A stretch of 64,000 nt of DNA from Eledone cirrhosa. Taxonomy: Eukaryota. Below the pieces are notes generated by a model, which saw only the letters and a list, made by a program, of their open reading frames with translations, did no database searches and was not told the DNA's origin. Location: the NCBI GenBank assembly GCA_964016885.1, contig OZ024740.1, positions 258,974,001 to 259,038,000 on the forward strand, read 5' to 3'. A program made the translations under genes and the position numbers. Positions 41,555 to 55,415 of the stretch are shown piece by piece (position 1 is the first letter of the stretch; every line of letters begins with the position of its first letter).

Positions 41555-41833
41555 TGTCTTGTACATCACATTTCCTTATTTCCCTCTTCCAGACATTTCT
41601 GTGTGCCAGTACATTCTCCTTGTCCTCCTCATTTCTATATTTCATCTGTCTGTCTCTCACCATCTGTCTGTCTCTTGACCACCGGCCACTGGTCTCTGTC
41701 CTCTCAGGCATGTTTGCCTATCGCTGTCTTTGACAGTATTTAGCTGTTTTAACGGCTGCTCAAGCGATGAGCATTTTTTTCATTTTTATATGTATTCAAA
41801 TACACTTTCGCTTCATCTCCATCAGGGACATCG

Positions 41834-41835
<2 letters not shown>
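41555..41835 (-). mobile_element. Interspersed repeat, same family as 60205-61375
   Basis: Shared tgtctttgacag...tgttttaacggctg and gtattcaaata blocks. Confidence 0.75.
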
Positions 41836-41873
<38 letters not shown>

Positions 41874-41927
41874 GTGGGAAAGTAAAAAATCGGAGAGTAG
41901 ACCGTTAAAACATGTTTATTTAAAACA

Positions 41928-41967
41928 GCACCTACGTACGTTTCGCCCAGTTGAGCTTCTCAAGGGC
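41928..41967 (-). ncRNA. Minimal HHR, U3-A8 variant, in fold-back module 41872-42160
   Basis: gccc-TTGAGAA-gctcaactgggc-GAAAC-gtac-GTA-ggtgc. Arms 41872-41953 / 42051-42132. Confidence 0.65.
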
Positions 41968-42291
41968 ATAAATAATCACAAGTGTTCCTTATATTGCTCG
42001 GAAAGAGTTTTTGGGGTTAAATCCACATCAAGGTTCATTGCTCGCAAGTCCAACTGGGCGAAACGTACGTAGGTGCTGTTTTAAATAAACATGTTTTAAT
42101 GGTCTATTCTCCGATTTTTTACTTTCCCACGTGCTTACGCTCTGCTAACTCTCTAGCCCACTAAATATTAACACTTCTAATATTTAATACTGCCGGCACT
42201 AGTATCGAGCACCTTTGGCATACGCTACTTGGCAAATAACTATATGTATCACCTATCCTCCCCTTTTTTTCTCTTTCTCGATACGTAAATA

Positions 42292-42348
<57 letters not shown>

Positions 42349-42354
<6 letters not shown>

Positions 42355-42928
42355 TATGTATACGTACATACGTATATGTATACAGACGTACAGTAGTATG
42401 TATATATATACATACAAGCACACATATATATATTTACCGAACATTTATTCTAATGCTCGGTGTGTTTGTAAACAAACAGCCCGAATTAAGCCGTACAGTG
42501 TTTAGCAACCATCATTGCTCTTTTATTCAACACTGACAAAGGAACGATGTACTAGTTTCAAGCTTATTAGCTTATTGCTTTCGGTGCGCCCGGCCGATTA
42601 ACTCACTCGATATGCAAATTAGGCTGCTCAGCCGTTAATATGCATAAGGAAAGTATATACTTTCAGACGTTCAATCATCTGGCAGGAAGGTATACGGTGC
42701 TGACGATAGCTAATAAGCTTGAAACTAGTACATCGTTCCTTTGTCAGCAACGATGGTTGCTAAACACTGTACAGCTTAATACGGGATGTTTGTTTACAAA
42801 CACACCGAGCATTATAATAAATGTTCGGTAAACCCATACGTACATATATATATGTGTGCATGTATGTATATATATACATAATACTGTACGTCTGTATACA
42901 TATATGTATGTACGTATACATACTTATA
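42349..42928. mobile_element. Fold-back module, arms ~225 bp
   Basis: 42349-42572 is the reverse complement of ~42707-42928. Confidence 0.85.
42694..42736 (+). ncRNA. Minimal type I hammerhead ribozyme
   Basis: acggtg-CTGACGA-tagctaataagctt-GAAAC-ta-GTA-catcgt, with palindromic actagt in stem III. Confidence 0.8.
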
Positions 42929-43169
42929 TTTAAGTAACAGCCGTACTAAGAGTGAGAAATAAAATTTCGTTTCATTTTTTCCATTTATATATATATTACT
43001 TAGCGAAGGTATATTTATGGATCTCCTCTATTGAACATTGCAAAGGTTTAACCTAGCCACACATACACGCCCTCGTGTACTTATATATGTATGTGTATAT
43101 AAATTTGACCATTTTTAGTACAAATGTCAAATATACGTATTTCCCCTGTTAAATGAAAACGAAAATGAT

Positions 43170-43600
43170 AAACACCTCGACAGGATTTGAATTCAGAACG
43201 TAAAGACCCAGGGCGAATACTACAAGATAGTTCTCGATTTTTTAACCTAGTTTGGTTCACCTCAGAAGTTATGTACACCATCTAAACAAAGCGAGAAGGA
43301 TGAAAGAAATAGTTTTCCTCGGCTGGGTTAGGGCTCAGTCCACTAAGAACTAGAACAAATACCGCAAAGCTTACTATTCGTCGTGCTAACGAATCTGCCA
43401 ATTTGCCGCCTGTCATCATCCCAGTATATAAGGATGTCTAATTTAGACACAATACCAACAATATTGTTGAGTAAGGGGGGTTTATTAATTCGACCCCAGT
43501 ACTCGACTGGTACTTAATTTCATCGACTCCGGAAGGAGGAAAAAGAAATTTGACCTTGGCGTGATTTGAACTCAGAACCTGAAGTGCAGGGACCATATTC
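43170..43600 (-). mobile_element. Cluster of degenerate tRNA-derived SINE fragments
   Basis: Repeated gatttgaactcagaac (B-box reverse complement) and cgaccccagtactcgactggtac motifs. Confidence 0.6.
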
Positions 43601-43994
43601 TGTATAGCACTTTCTCCAAAGTTTGTGCCTGTGTTTATATCCGGTAACACAGCGGCTTGAAATAGATATTTCGTTAAAATATGTTCCAAATTTGAAAAAC
43701 TGAATAGTGGGGTTAATATGGTCGACTACATGAAGGCAGTGTCCCAGTATGGCCGCTGTCTAATGACTGGAACCATAAAAAAAGATATATATGTATCTTT
43801 TAAGAATTAGATAATCTATTCATAGATCACTTATGCCTGAATAAAAGATGAGACTGTCATCGCTGGAACGCCTATGGTTATAGGTTTTCCTTGCTCACGA
43901 GTAACCATCAACATTTGTCAGAACTGGAAATGTCATGAGGGATAACAATGAGTGACCTCTTGTGACTAATGTTACGCAACACCTACACCTGATC

Positions 43995-44025
<31 letters not shown>

Positions 44026-44250
44026 CTTTCTCTCGCGCTCTCTCTTTATCTCTTTATCCCCCCCCCCTCTCTCTCTCTGGCGGTTAATGTCACGCAAGGC
44101 ATACGCCTGATTCCAACACCCCCTTCGCTCTCCCTCTCTATCCCTTTTATTTCTCTTTCTCTCTCTAAATACGTTCCACATCAGAGCAGATGACACCTAC
44201 ACCCCACCCGTGTCCCACAGATCGTATTACAAACAGAAAATATTTCTTAC

Positions 44251-44281
<31 letters not shown>

Positions 44282-44879
44282 CTACAAATGCTTGCACGCA
44301 TTTGTACACGCACACTCAAATATACACATACATGCAGTCATCTACACTTAATATGATATACTTTAAAACTCATAGGTTATGCAATTATAAATATACATGA
44401 AATATTTCACACGCACATACATAAACATACACATGCATACACACATGCATACACACATGCATACACACATGCATACACACATGCACACACAGATATATAT
44501 GTGCGAGCGAGTGTATGCATGTGTGTATGCACATGTATGTAAGCACATAGATGATCTTAATGCATACAGATACATACACACCATCACGAACGCTGTATAC
44601 ACCACTCCAACAACACATACAGGCATACTCACAAAGTTGAATTAAATACATTACACACACTCACTTGATGCCTCCTTTTTTATCTTCTTCTAATCTGCGA
44701 ACCTCATCTTTATGTATCCTCTATTCATATTCTCTGAAGTTCATCTTTGTGGTTCCTCTACGCCTGATGAAGGACAAACGTCCGATAAGTTGAACTTGCC
44801 TTTCCTTTCCTTTCAGGCGTAAAACTAATGAGACTTACTATTGTATCTCTGCGTTTGTTCGCTGCTCTTCATCGATCTT

Positions 44880-45960
44880 GCGATGAAAAGAACAGAAACA
44901 ACAGATATGTAGTCAGGGAGAAACATAAATCAAGAATTAAATGAAAAACAGAGCAGAAATATCCAAGGGTAAGAACACTCAGTCCATAGGAAGAGTTAAG
45001 TATAATTAGTTACAACAGTGACATATACAGCTATTTAGGTTTCGTTGGGTTATATACCCGCAACTCATTCAGTCTGTTATATAAAAAGAAGATGGCTACT
45101 CCCATGGCTGGTTGGGGTTTTTAGAGAAAAATGCGAGAGCTCTTCAAAGGGAGGGTAATTTTGAAATTAGATCTAAATAAAAAATATATATATTAAATAG
45201 GTTAAAGGCAGGTAAATATTTAAGAAAACAAATGCGGGGAACTTTTGCTAAGTTAGTAATTCAAAGTAATCAAATTCCTTGAAATTCAAATTACTTAGTA
45301 ATTCAAAGAAATTATATACCTTGAAAGTCAAATTAGTTAGTCTGGTCTATACCATTTTCTCAGAAGGAATTTTGTTTTGTGTGGGCAACTACTAAATCAG
45401 TCAAGGCGTGTATTTAAGCAGAGTTTCTCCAAAGCCAGTTGTGAAAGTATATTCCACTTTTCCGAGTAACATAGCTGGCAAAATTTCGTCCCATTAACAT
45501 AGGGGGTAGATTTTTCTAATATGGTCCATTTAATGGGAAAAGGTGTGTCGTTATTTTTAAGGTTCCATACATGATTTGCAAGCTGGGTGGCATGTTTTTG
45601 TCAGGAAGTATGAAGGTTGTTTCATAGTTCAGATACCGGCTATCAGCTTGGTAGAGGTAACTTTGCTTGATATATGACCGCTGGGGTGTTGCACTGTTGG
45701 TCTAGTTGGCATTGCTCTACCCTTCTTAACGAGCGTCCGTAAGGTGGAGGGCTTTTGCGTTTTCCGGTGATGTGGGCTTGAACGTTGTTGGTACAGGAGT
45801 AGCCTATTTCAACTTTGTGACGTTTGAGTATCCATCGGTATATTTGGCCAACAACGAAATGGAGTTCTAGGAGGACTTGGAATTTTCTACCTACATTAGT
45901 TTTCACATTAAGTGCAAAAGATGGTGTCAACCATATGATGTCTTTACATCTTTACGTAGT
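44880..45960 (-). mobile_element. Naiad-like PLE 3' fragment (GIY-YIG, 3' UTR, HHR variant)
   Basis: VKTNVGRKF, GYSCTNN, VIYQAK, ATQLANHVWNLK, IKWTILEK, CQLCYSEK and CPHK motifs. Stop at 45337-45339. Confidence 0.88.
45012..45080 (-). ncRNA. HHR variant with CUGAAUGA core
   Basis: ataacaga-CTGAATGA-gttgcgggtatataacccaac-GAAAC-ctaaatagctgtatat-GTC-actgttgt. Confidence 0.55.
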
Positions 45961-47029
45961 TTTTCTTTTCAGTTGTAGAGCGGTAATCTAGAGAGTATGG
46001 GATTATTTCGGAGAATCTGCTGTTTCAGGGTGCAAGACATGTGCTGCTAAATAACAAATAAATGGCACCATAAGACATATAATATATATAGCTGAGTGTT
46101 TGTGTGTGTGTGTGTATGTGTGTGTGTGTGTATGTATGTGTGTGTGTGTGCGCGCGCGTGTGTGTGTGTGTGCGCGTGTGTGTATGTGTGCGTGTGTATC
46201 TGCCTATCTCTCTATCTTTCTATCTGCCTCTCTAAGTAGTGAGTTTTGTTATGTTGGATTTTCAACTGTGCCCACATAGGATCATCAATATATATATATT
46301 TTCGATCTGCTGGCCACTCCACACGCCACCTCAGTGTCTTCACACATACAATTCTACACATCTCACGGACATACGCTACACTGACAGATACTTTACACTC
46401 ACACAAAATAACTTCAACGCACATATAGACTACATTCAAACTTACATTCACTCACACAAGTCCACTACGACATACCACACAGACATACGCATACACTCAC
46501 TATCTTTTTATATTTTACACAATATACCCTAAAAAATCACACACGTTTAACATACACTTACACTCACACATATAACGACACCAATACACACACACTTCAC
46601 TTTGCGTTCCAACTCGTTACCAAGACTACCTAACGGTTTCTCTTATTTACACTCTTTATTTCTATTTTTTTTCTTTACTTGGACCTCCATTGTGAATCTG
46701 TTTCTATTTTGTACTTTTGAAGAAGGGCTTAAGCCCGATACGTCGAACCTTCTTTCCCCTTTTCCATATAAAGCGTGAAACTAATAAGACATTGTGTAAC
46801 TCTGTTTGTTGTCTCCTTGAACTATATTTATATGACTTAAGGGAAATATAAATAAATAAATAAATATATACACAAGTACAATAACAACAAACACATATAA
46901 ACACACACTAGTAAACAATGATAGAATACAAAAACCAAAATACACACACTCAAACGCGAGCACAGAAACCAAACCTTATACACACACGCAAACGCATGCG
47001 CAGAGACGGAGGCAAGAAGAAATAAATAA

Positions 47030-47325
47030 ATAAAAATTAAAATGGCGTAGACATTACAATACAATACAATAGGAGGGAACATAATAGTACCACTGATGAT
47101 GTTGCAGATGTGCAACGAAAGAACTTTGATAGACTATATATATATATATTTATATCTGTATTTTTAACCGTTGGTCAACCAGTGATAAACATTGATTGCC
47201 AAATAAATTAACTATGGACATATAAAAGATACAGAAGCGAAAACCAACCAAACAGTGAGTCTGTTCTGTTATTATTTCTGGCAATATTATTACAACAATA
47301 TGACCCTCCTCAAGTATAACAATAT
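47030..47325 (+). mobile_element. ~300-bp HHR-bearing non-coding repeat (copies at 54555-54870 and 61440-61740, both -)
   Basis: acca-CTGATGA-tgttgcagatgtgcaac-GAAAG-aa-CTT at 47089-47126. Three homologous copies. Confidence 0.8.
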
Positions 47326-47337
47326 ATATTTAATAAT

Positions 47338-47388
47338 GGCTTCTACAGGACTAGAACTGTTTCATTCGGGAGAAATCATCAGGAAGCC
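47338..47388 (-). ncRNA. Minimal hammerhead ribozyme
   Basis: ggcttc-CTGATGA-tttctcccgaat-GAAAC-agttcta-GTC-ctgta-gaagcc. Confidence 0.72.
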
Positions 47389-47912
47389 GACTGTCAATGT
47401 AATATTGCGGTATTTATACATTTTCTGGTAGTAGAAGAGGGTGGTGATTGGGATTGGTATATATATATATCTATATACAAATGGAAGTACAGCATAATCG
47501 AAGCTCTGGCTGCAGCTAAGCTAACGAATGCAATCGGAATGTGAGAGAACATAGAAATAAAAATAAAATCTACACACAGAAGAGACGCAATGTTTAGACA
47601 AATCACAGAGGCAATAAACATAAATGAACTCCAACCAAAATTAAATAGTAAACATGAATGGAATAGCAACATCACAACTTCCAATTAAGGACAAAATGAA
47701 AATACACATAGAACAAACAACAAACCAGTAACATGTAAATAAACAAACAAACAAACAAATAAACAAATAAACAAATAAACACACACACACACACACACGC
47801 ACACACACACATGGAAGTAACACATGCGCAAACTAAGCACACAACACACACAAAAACAAGATGGCGTTGGACAGAACAAAGGAGAGGCACAAAACAAAGA
47901 AAAGAATCCCCA

Positions 47913-47955
47913 GTCACTGAAGAGGTCACAGAATGTGTGACGAAAGAACTTTGAC
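47913..47955 (+). ncRNA. Minimal hammerhead ribozyme
   Basis: gtca-CTGAAGA-ggtcacagaatgtgtgac-GAAAG-aa-CTT-tgac. Confidence 0.78.
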
Positions 47956-48040
47956 AATATATGAACAAGTGTCCGGTTGTGGAACTAGCCAACCAACCGG
48001 AAATTTATAAATTTAAAAAGAAAAAAAAATGTTCCCTTCG

Positions 48041-48087
<47 letters not shown>

Positions 48088-48129
48088 AATATATATACAT
48101 ATACATATATATATATACATATGTATATA

Positions 48130-48438
<309 letters not shown>

Positions 48439-48451
48439 TTATATATATATA

Positions 48452-48549
<98 letters not shown>

Positions 48550-48624
48550 TGTGTGTGTGTGTGTGTGTGCGCGTGTGCGCGTGTGTGTGTGTGTGCGTAT
48601 ATATATATATATAATAGCAGAGCA

Positions 48625-49898
48625 GAGGTACCCGGTGATGCTGGCAGGTGTACAAAAACAATATGTCGGACGACTATCTACACTTAGCTCTAACACATGG
48701 AAACAATATGTATATGGTATATACCCCCAGGATTTACAATCAAGTTCTCTGCAACACGCCCCATCGAGTTCAGGCAATGATGAACACATTAGCTAACTGC
48801 GGGATGCCAGAGCCAGATGAAGAAATGGAGGTAGCACAAGCAGGTTTTCAAGAGACAAACTATGATATTCAAACATTGCGTAAGTTTGTGGATGAAAATG
48901 AACCTCGATTGGTGGATGACCAGAAATACGCCTACCACAACATCATGGAAAACATTCAAAATGACAAGGGGAGGACTTTTCTTCGTCGATGCTCCTGCTG
49001 GCACAGGTAAGACATTCCTCATAAACCTCCTGCTTGCAAAAGTTCGCCAAAAGCACTATTTTGCCCTTGCTATGGCATCAAGTGGCATTGCAGCAAAACT
49101 TCTGGATAGAGAAAGAACTGCACACTCCATGTTTAAGTTGTCCATAGACCTCACACGGAATGAACAAACTTTTTGCAACATCAAAGACTCACCCAAGGGC
49201 AAACTTCTGCAAACATGCAAGACGATAATTTGGGATGAAGCCACCATGACCTGTAAACGAGCAATTGAAGCTTTGGCTCGTACAATAAGGGATCTGAGAG
49301 AAAATACTTGCATAATGGGAGGAGTGACAATGGTTCTTGCAGGTAATTTCAGACAAATCCTGGCTATAAAGAAAAGATGCTACGAATTAGTTGACACAAT
49401 CACTTTCCAAGACCAGGTTGTAAACTATTCAACTAAAGTTTTAAACAGTCTGGAACTAGCAGGAATTCTTCCACACAACCTGATACTGAAGTTTGGAGTA
49501 TGGGTTTATGCTACTTCGTAATCTGGATCCTCCAAAACTTTCCAATGGCACAAGATTCATCATGAAAAATATGATGCCCTAAGTCCTAGAAGTCGCAATC
49601 TTGTCAGGAAAATTTGCTGGTGACAATTGTTTCATTCCCAGAATACCTCTGAAACAAACTGATTTGCCATTTGAATTTCAAAAGCTTCAATTTCCTATCA
49701 GACTCAGTTTTGCCATGACCATCAATAAATCTCAAGGGCAATCATTGAAAGTCGTTGGGTTGAACCAGACAGATCCTATTTTTTCACATGGTTAGCTTTA
49801 TTTTGATACTACAAGGGTTGGAAACCCTAATTGTCTCTTCATTTTTGTACCACAGGGCAAAACCAAGAATGTTGTTTATCCAGAGGCTTTGGAATGAG
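48625..49898 (+). pseudogene. Helitron PIF1-family helicase remnant
   Basis: FFVDAPAGTGKT (Walker A), ASSGIAA, RTAHS, IIWDEA, LAGNFRQIL, FIPRIPL, QFPIRLSFAMTINKSQGQSL, FSHG. Stops and frameshifts. Confidence 0.93.
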
Positions 49899-50274
49899 CA
49901 ATATCATAATTCCTCATTCAATGACAATACACACAGATCCCAATTCCTTAGTCATATAGTTTGTAAGGAATACTGAAGTCGCAACCTTACTGCATAGTGT
50001 TGCTTTGGAAGAATATGTAGGCATTCCTGAGTACCTCTGCTATATAAAGTGGTATAAGTGAGATCTTTGTGTGGTAGTTGGCTAGACCTGTTAGAAATAG
50101 CAGCCAAATTTCATTCAAATCCCACCCTACTGTCTCATGTATGTATATATTTATGAAGCAAAAAGAAAAGGTTCTATGTTATATCTCGATCTACTAGAAA
50201 TATTAGCAAAATCACCTTCAAATGACAGCCAATTGTCTTACACACACACAAACACAGACACAGACACAGACACA

Positions 50275-50362
<88 letters not shown>

Positions 50363-50883
50363 TACATGTATGTTTGTATGTATGAATGTATGTATATCAC
50401 GGGAGCCCCTATAACTATTGATATATCTAATAGAGATAGAAAACAAATCTCCCTCAAACATGATCCTACTGCGATAGAGGCAAAGGTGGATGAAAGCTAC
50501 AGTGTAAAAATCTAAATACACTTTCCTGAATTATAGAAATGAATAAGTAAATGCTTCATAATAGTTCATTCATGAACCAAATCTAACTTATATATTTTAT
50601 TCATAGTTTTCAGGTGTTGTTTTGAATTTCAGAGGTTCTGATTGTACAAAAAAAAAAAAAAAGATAAATATAAAAAAAATCCTGATGTATTCGTTTGGTC
50701 ATGCCCTTTTCACTGACAACATACCTAATGATTCATCTATGGGTGAAGCATTATATATGCTGGCTGTAAAAGGGTGCAGTACTCAAAACAACACCACTGG
50801 ACAGAACTAATAATATCTTTATCAATATGATTTGCTTCAAACAAGAGACACTGAATATTTCTGCTATTCCTACTTTAGGTGAA

Positions 50884-51059
50884 AAAACAGCAATCATATT
50901 TCATTGGTCAAATATATTGTAATATATGCCAAAATATATTGTAACTTTCATAAAATACAATATAATATAATAAAACAGCAATCATATTTCATTGGTCAAA
51001 TATATTGTAATATATGCCAAAATATATTGTAACTTTCATAAAATACAATATAATATAAT
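50884..51059. repeat. 88-bp tandem duplication
   Basis: aaaacagcaatcatatttc...aatataatataat at 50884 and 50972. Confidence 0.95.
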
Positions 51060-52045
51060 AGCAAGCAACTGTCTTATTTGACTGGTTATTCGAATGACTG
51101 CTGTTTTTTCTAGGCTCTTCTTCCAATGTCCTTTGTCATGCAGGAGTCTATGCTGTTTACATGTAGCGTACACCCTTCCTCTGAAGCACCTGAGGTCCTC
51201 AAATGACGTTGGCCTTCGAACAATATGCGGAAGTAGCCGTAAATACACACTCTCTGTTGTTGGGGTGGTCATTGTAAACACGTCCTATTGTATCACTTGC
51301 GTTGACTTCAGGACCTTCCACTAAATTCAAGGTCTTGCAATTGGTCGGTGTAGGATGTCAGCATATGCATCATTTTGGCAATTTTAAAAAAGCAGTTAGA
51401 GTGGTGTCAGGTGGTTTTTGTGCCAACTGATGAGCAGTGGTTTCATGAAGTACACTTTGTCCATTTTCCAGACGGACTGCGAGGTTGATCATTGCTGGGT
51501 GGCGTTGAGGGATATCAAATCTAATGATGCACCAAATAACTTCATAGCTGGAGATGTATCGACCTGTCTGATACCATTTGACTTCATCTAGCCCACCATC
51601 ATTGAGTTCCGTGTCAGTAACAAAGGTAGCCATGTCACTGCCCTTGTGTTTTGTGACATATAGTATTGATTTGACAGAACTGTTATACTCAACATTGATA
51701 TGAGGTTTTAGAAGTTTACACAACAATTTGTTGTATGGGACTACCCATCAATTGTCTATGATCAGCTCAATAGTGGTCATCCAGGCACTAAGCTCACCAA
51801 GGAATATTCTTTCTTTTAGGAGACGCAGGTGTTGGCGGGGTTTTTTTGTTGTTTTTTTTGCTTTTCTGGAAAACCCGAGTAGTGAGGTCATGTCGATCCT
51901 TCGGTTTTTTATTTTAAAATAAGTCATTTTATATTTCTGTCCAGTTTGAGTTGCATATAAATGTTATGAAGAGAAACGACCGACAAAATTGTCTGACATA
52001 GGCCATTGCATCATGCATGTAACGTGGTCCTCCCGTTAAGCTTGA
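51060..52045 (-). pseudogene. Helitron Rep-region remnant
   Basis: TGGPRYMH.DAMAYVR, LFITF.CN.NW.EI, WVVPYN, HINVEY, KGSD, GRYISS.E..W, LAV.LENGQ, YLRLL, PTSFEDLR, QIRQLLAIIL. Confidence 0.9.
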
Positions 52046-52211
52046 TTGCAGTGGTCTCCTCGGTCTCAGCATCGCAGACTCTCTCTCTCTATATATATAT
52101 ATTATATATATATGTGTGTGTGTATGTGTGTGCGCGTGCGTGTGTGTGTGTGTGGAGAGAGAGAGATACATGCGTATATACTCGTACATACATTCATGTA
52201 TGTATATTTAC

Positions 52212-52244
<33 letters not shown>

Positions 52245-52277
52245 AAGAAGTGTAATAAGATATGTGTACGCGCACAG

Positions 52278-52374
<97 letters not shown>

Positions 52375-52706
52375 TGTGTGTCTGTGTGTCTGTGTGCAAT
52401 AATAAGCCATGTATATATAATCATGTGTGTGTCGGCATCACTGTCATATTCAATGGGACATTTATTTATTTTAAGGAGACATACATAACTAGAGTGTATA
52501 ATATATTGAGTGATATATCCTAGCAAAACAGTGGGCCTTGTTGTGAATGTATGATGGCTGAATGGTAAGACAGATGCAACTGGCGACAAGAAGTCATTCC
52601 ATTATGAGCCATCTTCCTGGTTATGTCGCCAATTCCTGACTCCAGGACGGCATTACTGGCAGCAGACGCTCTATTAAGTTGTCATTAAGAAACATCATGT
52701 AATATT

Positions 52707-52756
<50 letters not shown>

Positions 52757-53209
52757 CGCGTGTGTGTGTGTATATAGATATAGAAGAAGAAAAAGAAGAA
52801 GAACAACAACAACAACACCAACAACAACAACAACAATGATGATGTTGGGATGGGGTTGGTCGTCAAACAATTCGTGTGAACATATGAGGAAAAGAAATAT
52901 AAAAAGCAATATTCCTCGTACTGACTTTGCGTGCGCCGTCACATACTCTCACTTTATAGGCACCTCTATACTTTGTACCCTCTGTTTAATTCGCCCCCTC
53001 TTCGTTGCACACGTTTCCTGCATCTCTCTTTATGTACCCTTTCATATTTATAGATATTTTTAACGATGGTGAATCTCAGACGTTGGAGCTAATGGAGCTG
53101 TGTTAAGAGACGAACTAGATGTGTCTTTATTTTTTCAAAGAACGCTACTGTTGATATTATACAACACCGTTACCTTTATTTTTACAAGTTTAATTATAAA
53201 TGACATTCT

Positions 53210-53263
53210 ACAATTCTGTTGCTGTTGTTGTTGTTGTTACTGCTGCTGTTGCTGCTGCTGTTA

Positions 53264-53306
<43 letters not shown>

Positions 53307-54180
53307 TGTTGCTGTTGCGGTTGCCATTGTTGTCCTTGTTGTAATTATTATTGTTGTTGGTGTTGTTGTTGCTACTGCTTTTTCTATGGTTGCCATTGTT
53401 GCCTTTGTTGTTGTTGTAGTAGTCTTTGTTGTTGTTGAATGTGAGAGAAGAAGGAAAAAATAGCCTGTGAAAGAAAAACAACTATTGCAGTCCTGTTCCG
53501 ATGCAAGTTAAATGGAACTCGAGAGACGCCATATTTTGATAAACTCAATTGACGTTAAAAGTTAGTGCATATAAACAGAAAGAACGATTTATAGGATTCA
53601 AAATGGCTACTGTACGACCACCTACAAGTTGTAGGCATTGGTCTAGTTTTTTTTTCTTTTTGGTTTTTCTTATGTATCTATTTTGATGTCTTGATATTTT
53701 TGTTTTAATCATAGATTGAATGTTAAGAGTGGGTATGGCTGTGCATATCTTGGAAGCAGTCATTTTATGACCAATGTATAAGCATTTTCGGCGTTGATCT
53801 GAAAAATATCCTCGTTGTTACTGATATTGCTGTCATTGGTTGTTCTTTTGCTGTTGTTGTTGTTGGTGTTGTTGTTTTTATTGCTGTCATTGTTGTTTTT
53901 GTTGTTACTGCTGTTGTGTCATTGGTTGTTCTTTTGTTATTGGTGTTGTTGTTGTTGTTTTTATTGTTATCATTGTTGCTGTTGTTGTTACTGCTGTTGC
54001 TGCCATTGGTTGTTCTTTTGTTATTGGTGTTGTTGTTGTTTTTATTGTTGTCATTGTTGTTGTTGTTACTGCTGTTGCAGTCATTGGTTGTTATTTTGTT
54101 GTTGTTGTCGTTGTTATTGCTGTTATTGCTGTTACTGTTGATGTTATTATTATTGTTGTTTTTGGTGTTGTTTAGGTTGT
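53210..54180. repeat. (GTT/GCT)n trinucleotide-rich tracts with higher-order ~80-bp units at 53830-54110
   Basis: Recurring tcattggttgttcttttg blocks among GTT runs. Confidence 0.8.
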
Positions 54181-54507
54181 TATAGTTGGTAATGGAATAA
54201 TTATATTGCGTTATTTATTATGTAATTATACACACACACATATATACTGTATATATATATATATATATATATTGTTGTTCTTTTTGATGTTTTAATTGAT
54301 GTGAAATGGGTTTTATATTACTGTTAGTTCAATAAATATTCAACAATTACTAAGGCCTGGTTCTGTGGTTAAGAATTCACCTCACAATCATGTGGTTCGC
54401 TCCTCAGTCCTGCTGTGCGGCGAACTGGGGAAGTGTCTTCTACTATAATTTCAACTGGAGCAATGTCTTGTAAGAGTGGGATTTGGTAGACGGAAGCTGC
54501 AGAATCT

Positions 54508-54563
<56 letters not shown>

Positions 54564-55149
54564 ATATTTGGGGAGGGTCATATTTGCGTAATATTGCCAG
54601 AATTAATAACAGAACACACTCACTGTTTGGTTGGTTTTCGCTTCTCGCTGTCTTTTATATATATATATCTGCTATCTAACTTACTCGGTCCTCAATGTTG
54701 CCATTGACTGACCGGAGGTCAAAAATAATACAGATACAATATAGACAAACACATATATATATAGTTTACATAATTTACATAAATCTTTCGTTGCACATCT
54801 GCAACATCGTCAGTGGTGTTATATTCATTGTTCCTCCTGTTGTGTTGTATGTCTACGCCATTTTTTTTTTTGCCTATATATATATATATATATTCTAGGC
54901 AATACCTTTTTTTGCCTATATATATATATATATATTCTAGGCAATACCTTTTCTATAATCACGGTAGCGTACAATTACTCACTGAATAAAATATAGTTTG
55001 AATGTAGATACGAGGTAACTTCTTTCAGAGTGCTAACAAAATGATATCGGTAATGGAATAATTATATTGTGTCATTTATTATGTAATTATATATATATAT
55101 ATATAGCCGTCGAAACGGCTTGAGCTCAGCTGTCGGGGTCTTACTGGTT

Positions 55150-55184
<35 letters not shown>

Positions 55185-55415
55185 CGAAGGAAATGTGCTA
55201 AGGAACCAGGTGGACCATAACGCACCAAAGTACTCAATACTTAGGGTAGTAGAGTGGGTAATAGGAACGAGTAGGACCCCGACGGCTGAGCTCAAGCCGT
55301 TTCGACGGCTAATTATGGACTAAATGAAAATGTTTATCCTGGTATATGAATAGCCGAGCTTCTCAGGGAGTAATTCCATATATGGTAAAAGTGATTGTCA
55401 CAAGGATTGGTCAAA

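Noticed and set aside
45397-45399. In-frame TGA in a Naiad-like endonuclease as selenocysteine
   Set aside because: Some Naiads encode Sec, but this TGA aligns to a hydrophobic position (EL in the 56.6-kb copy), not a Cys, in an already decayed frame. No TGA is seen at Cys positions in 56240-56640.
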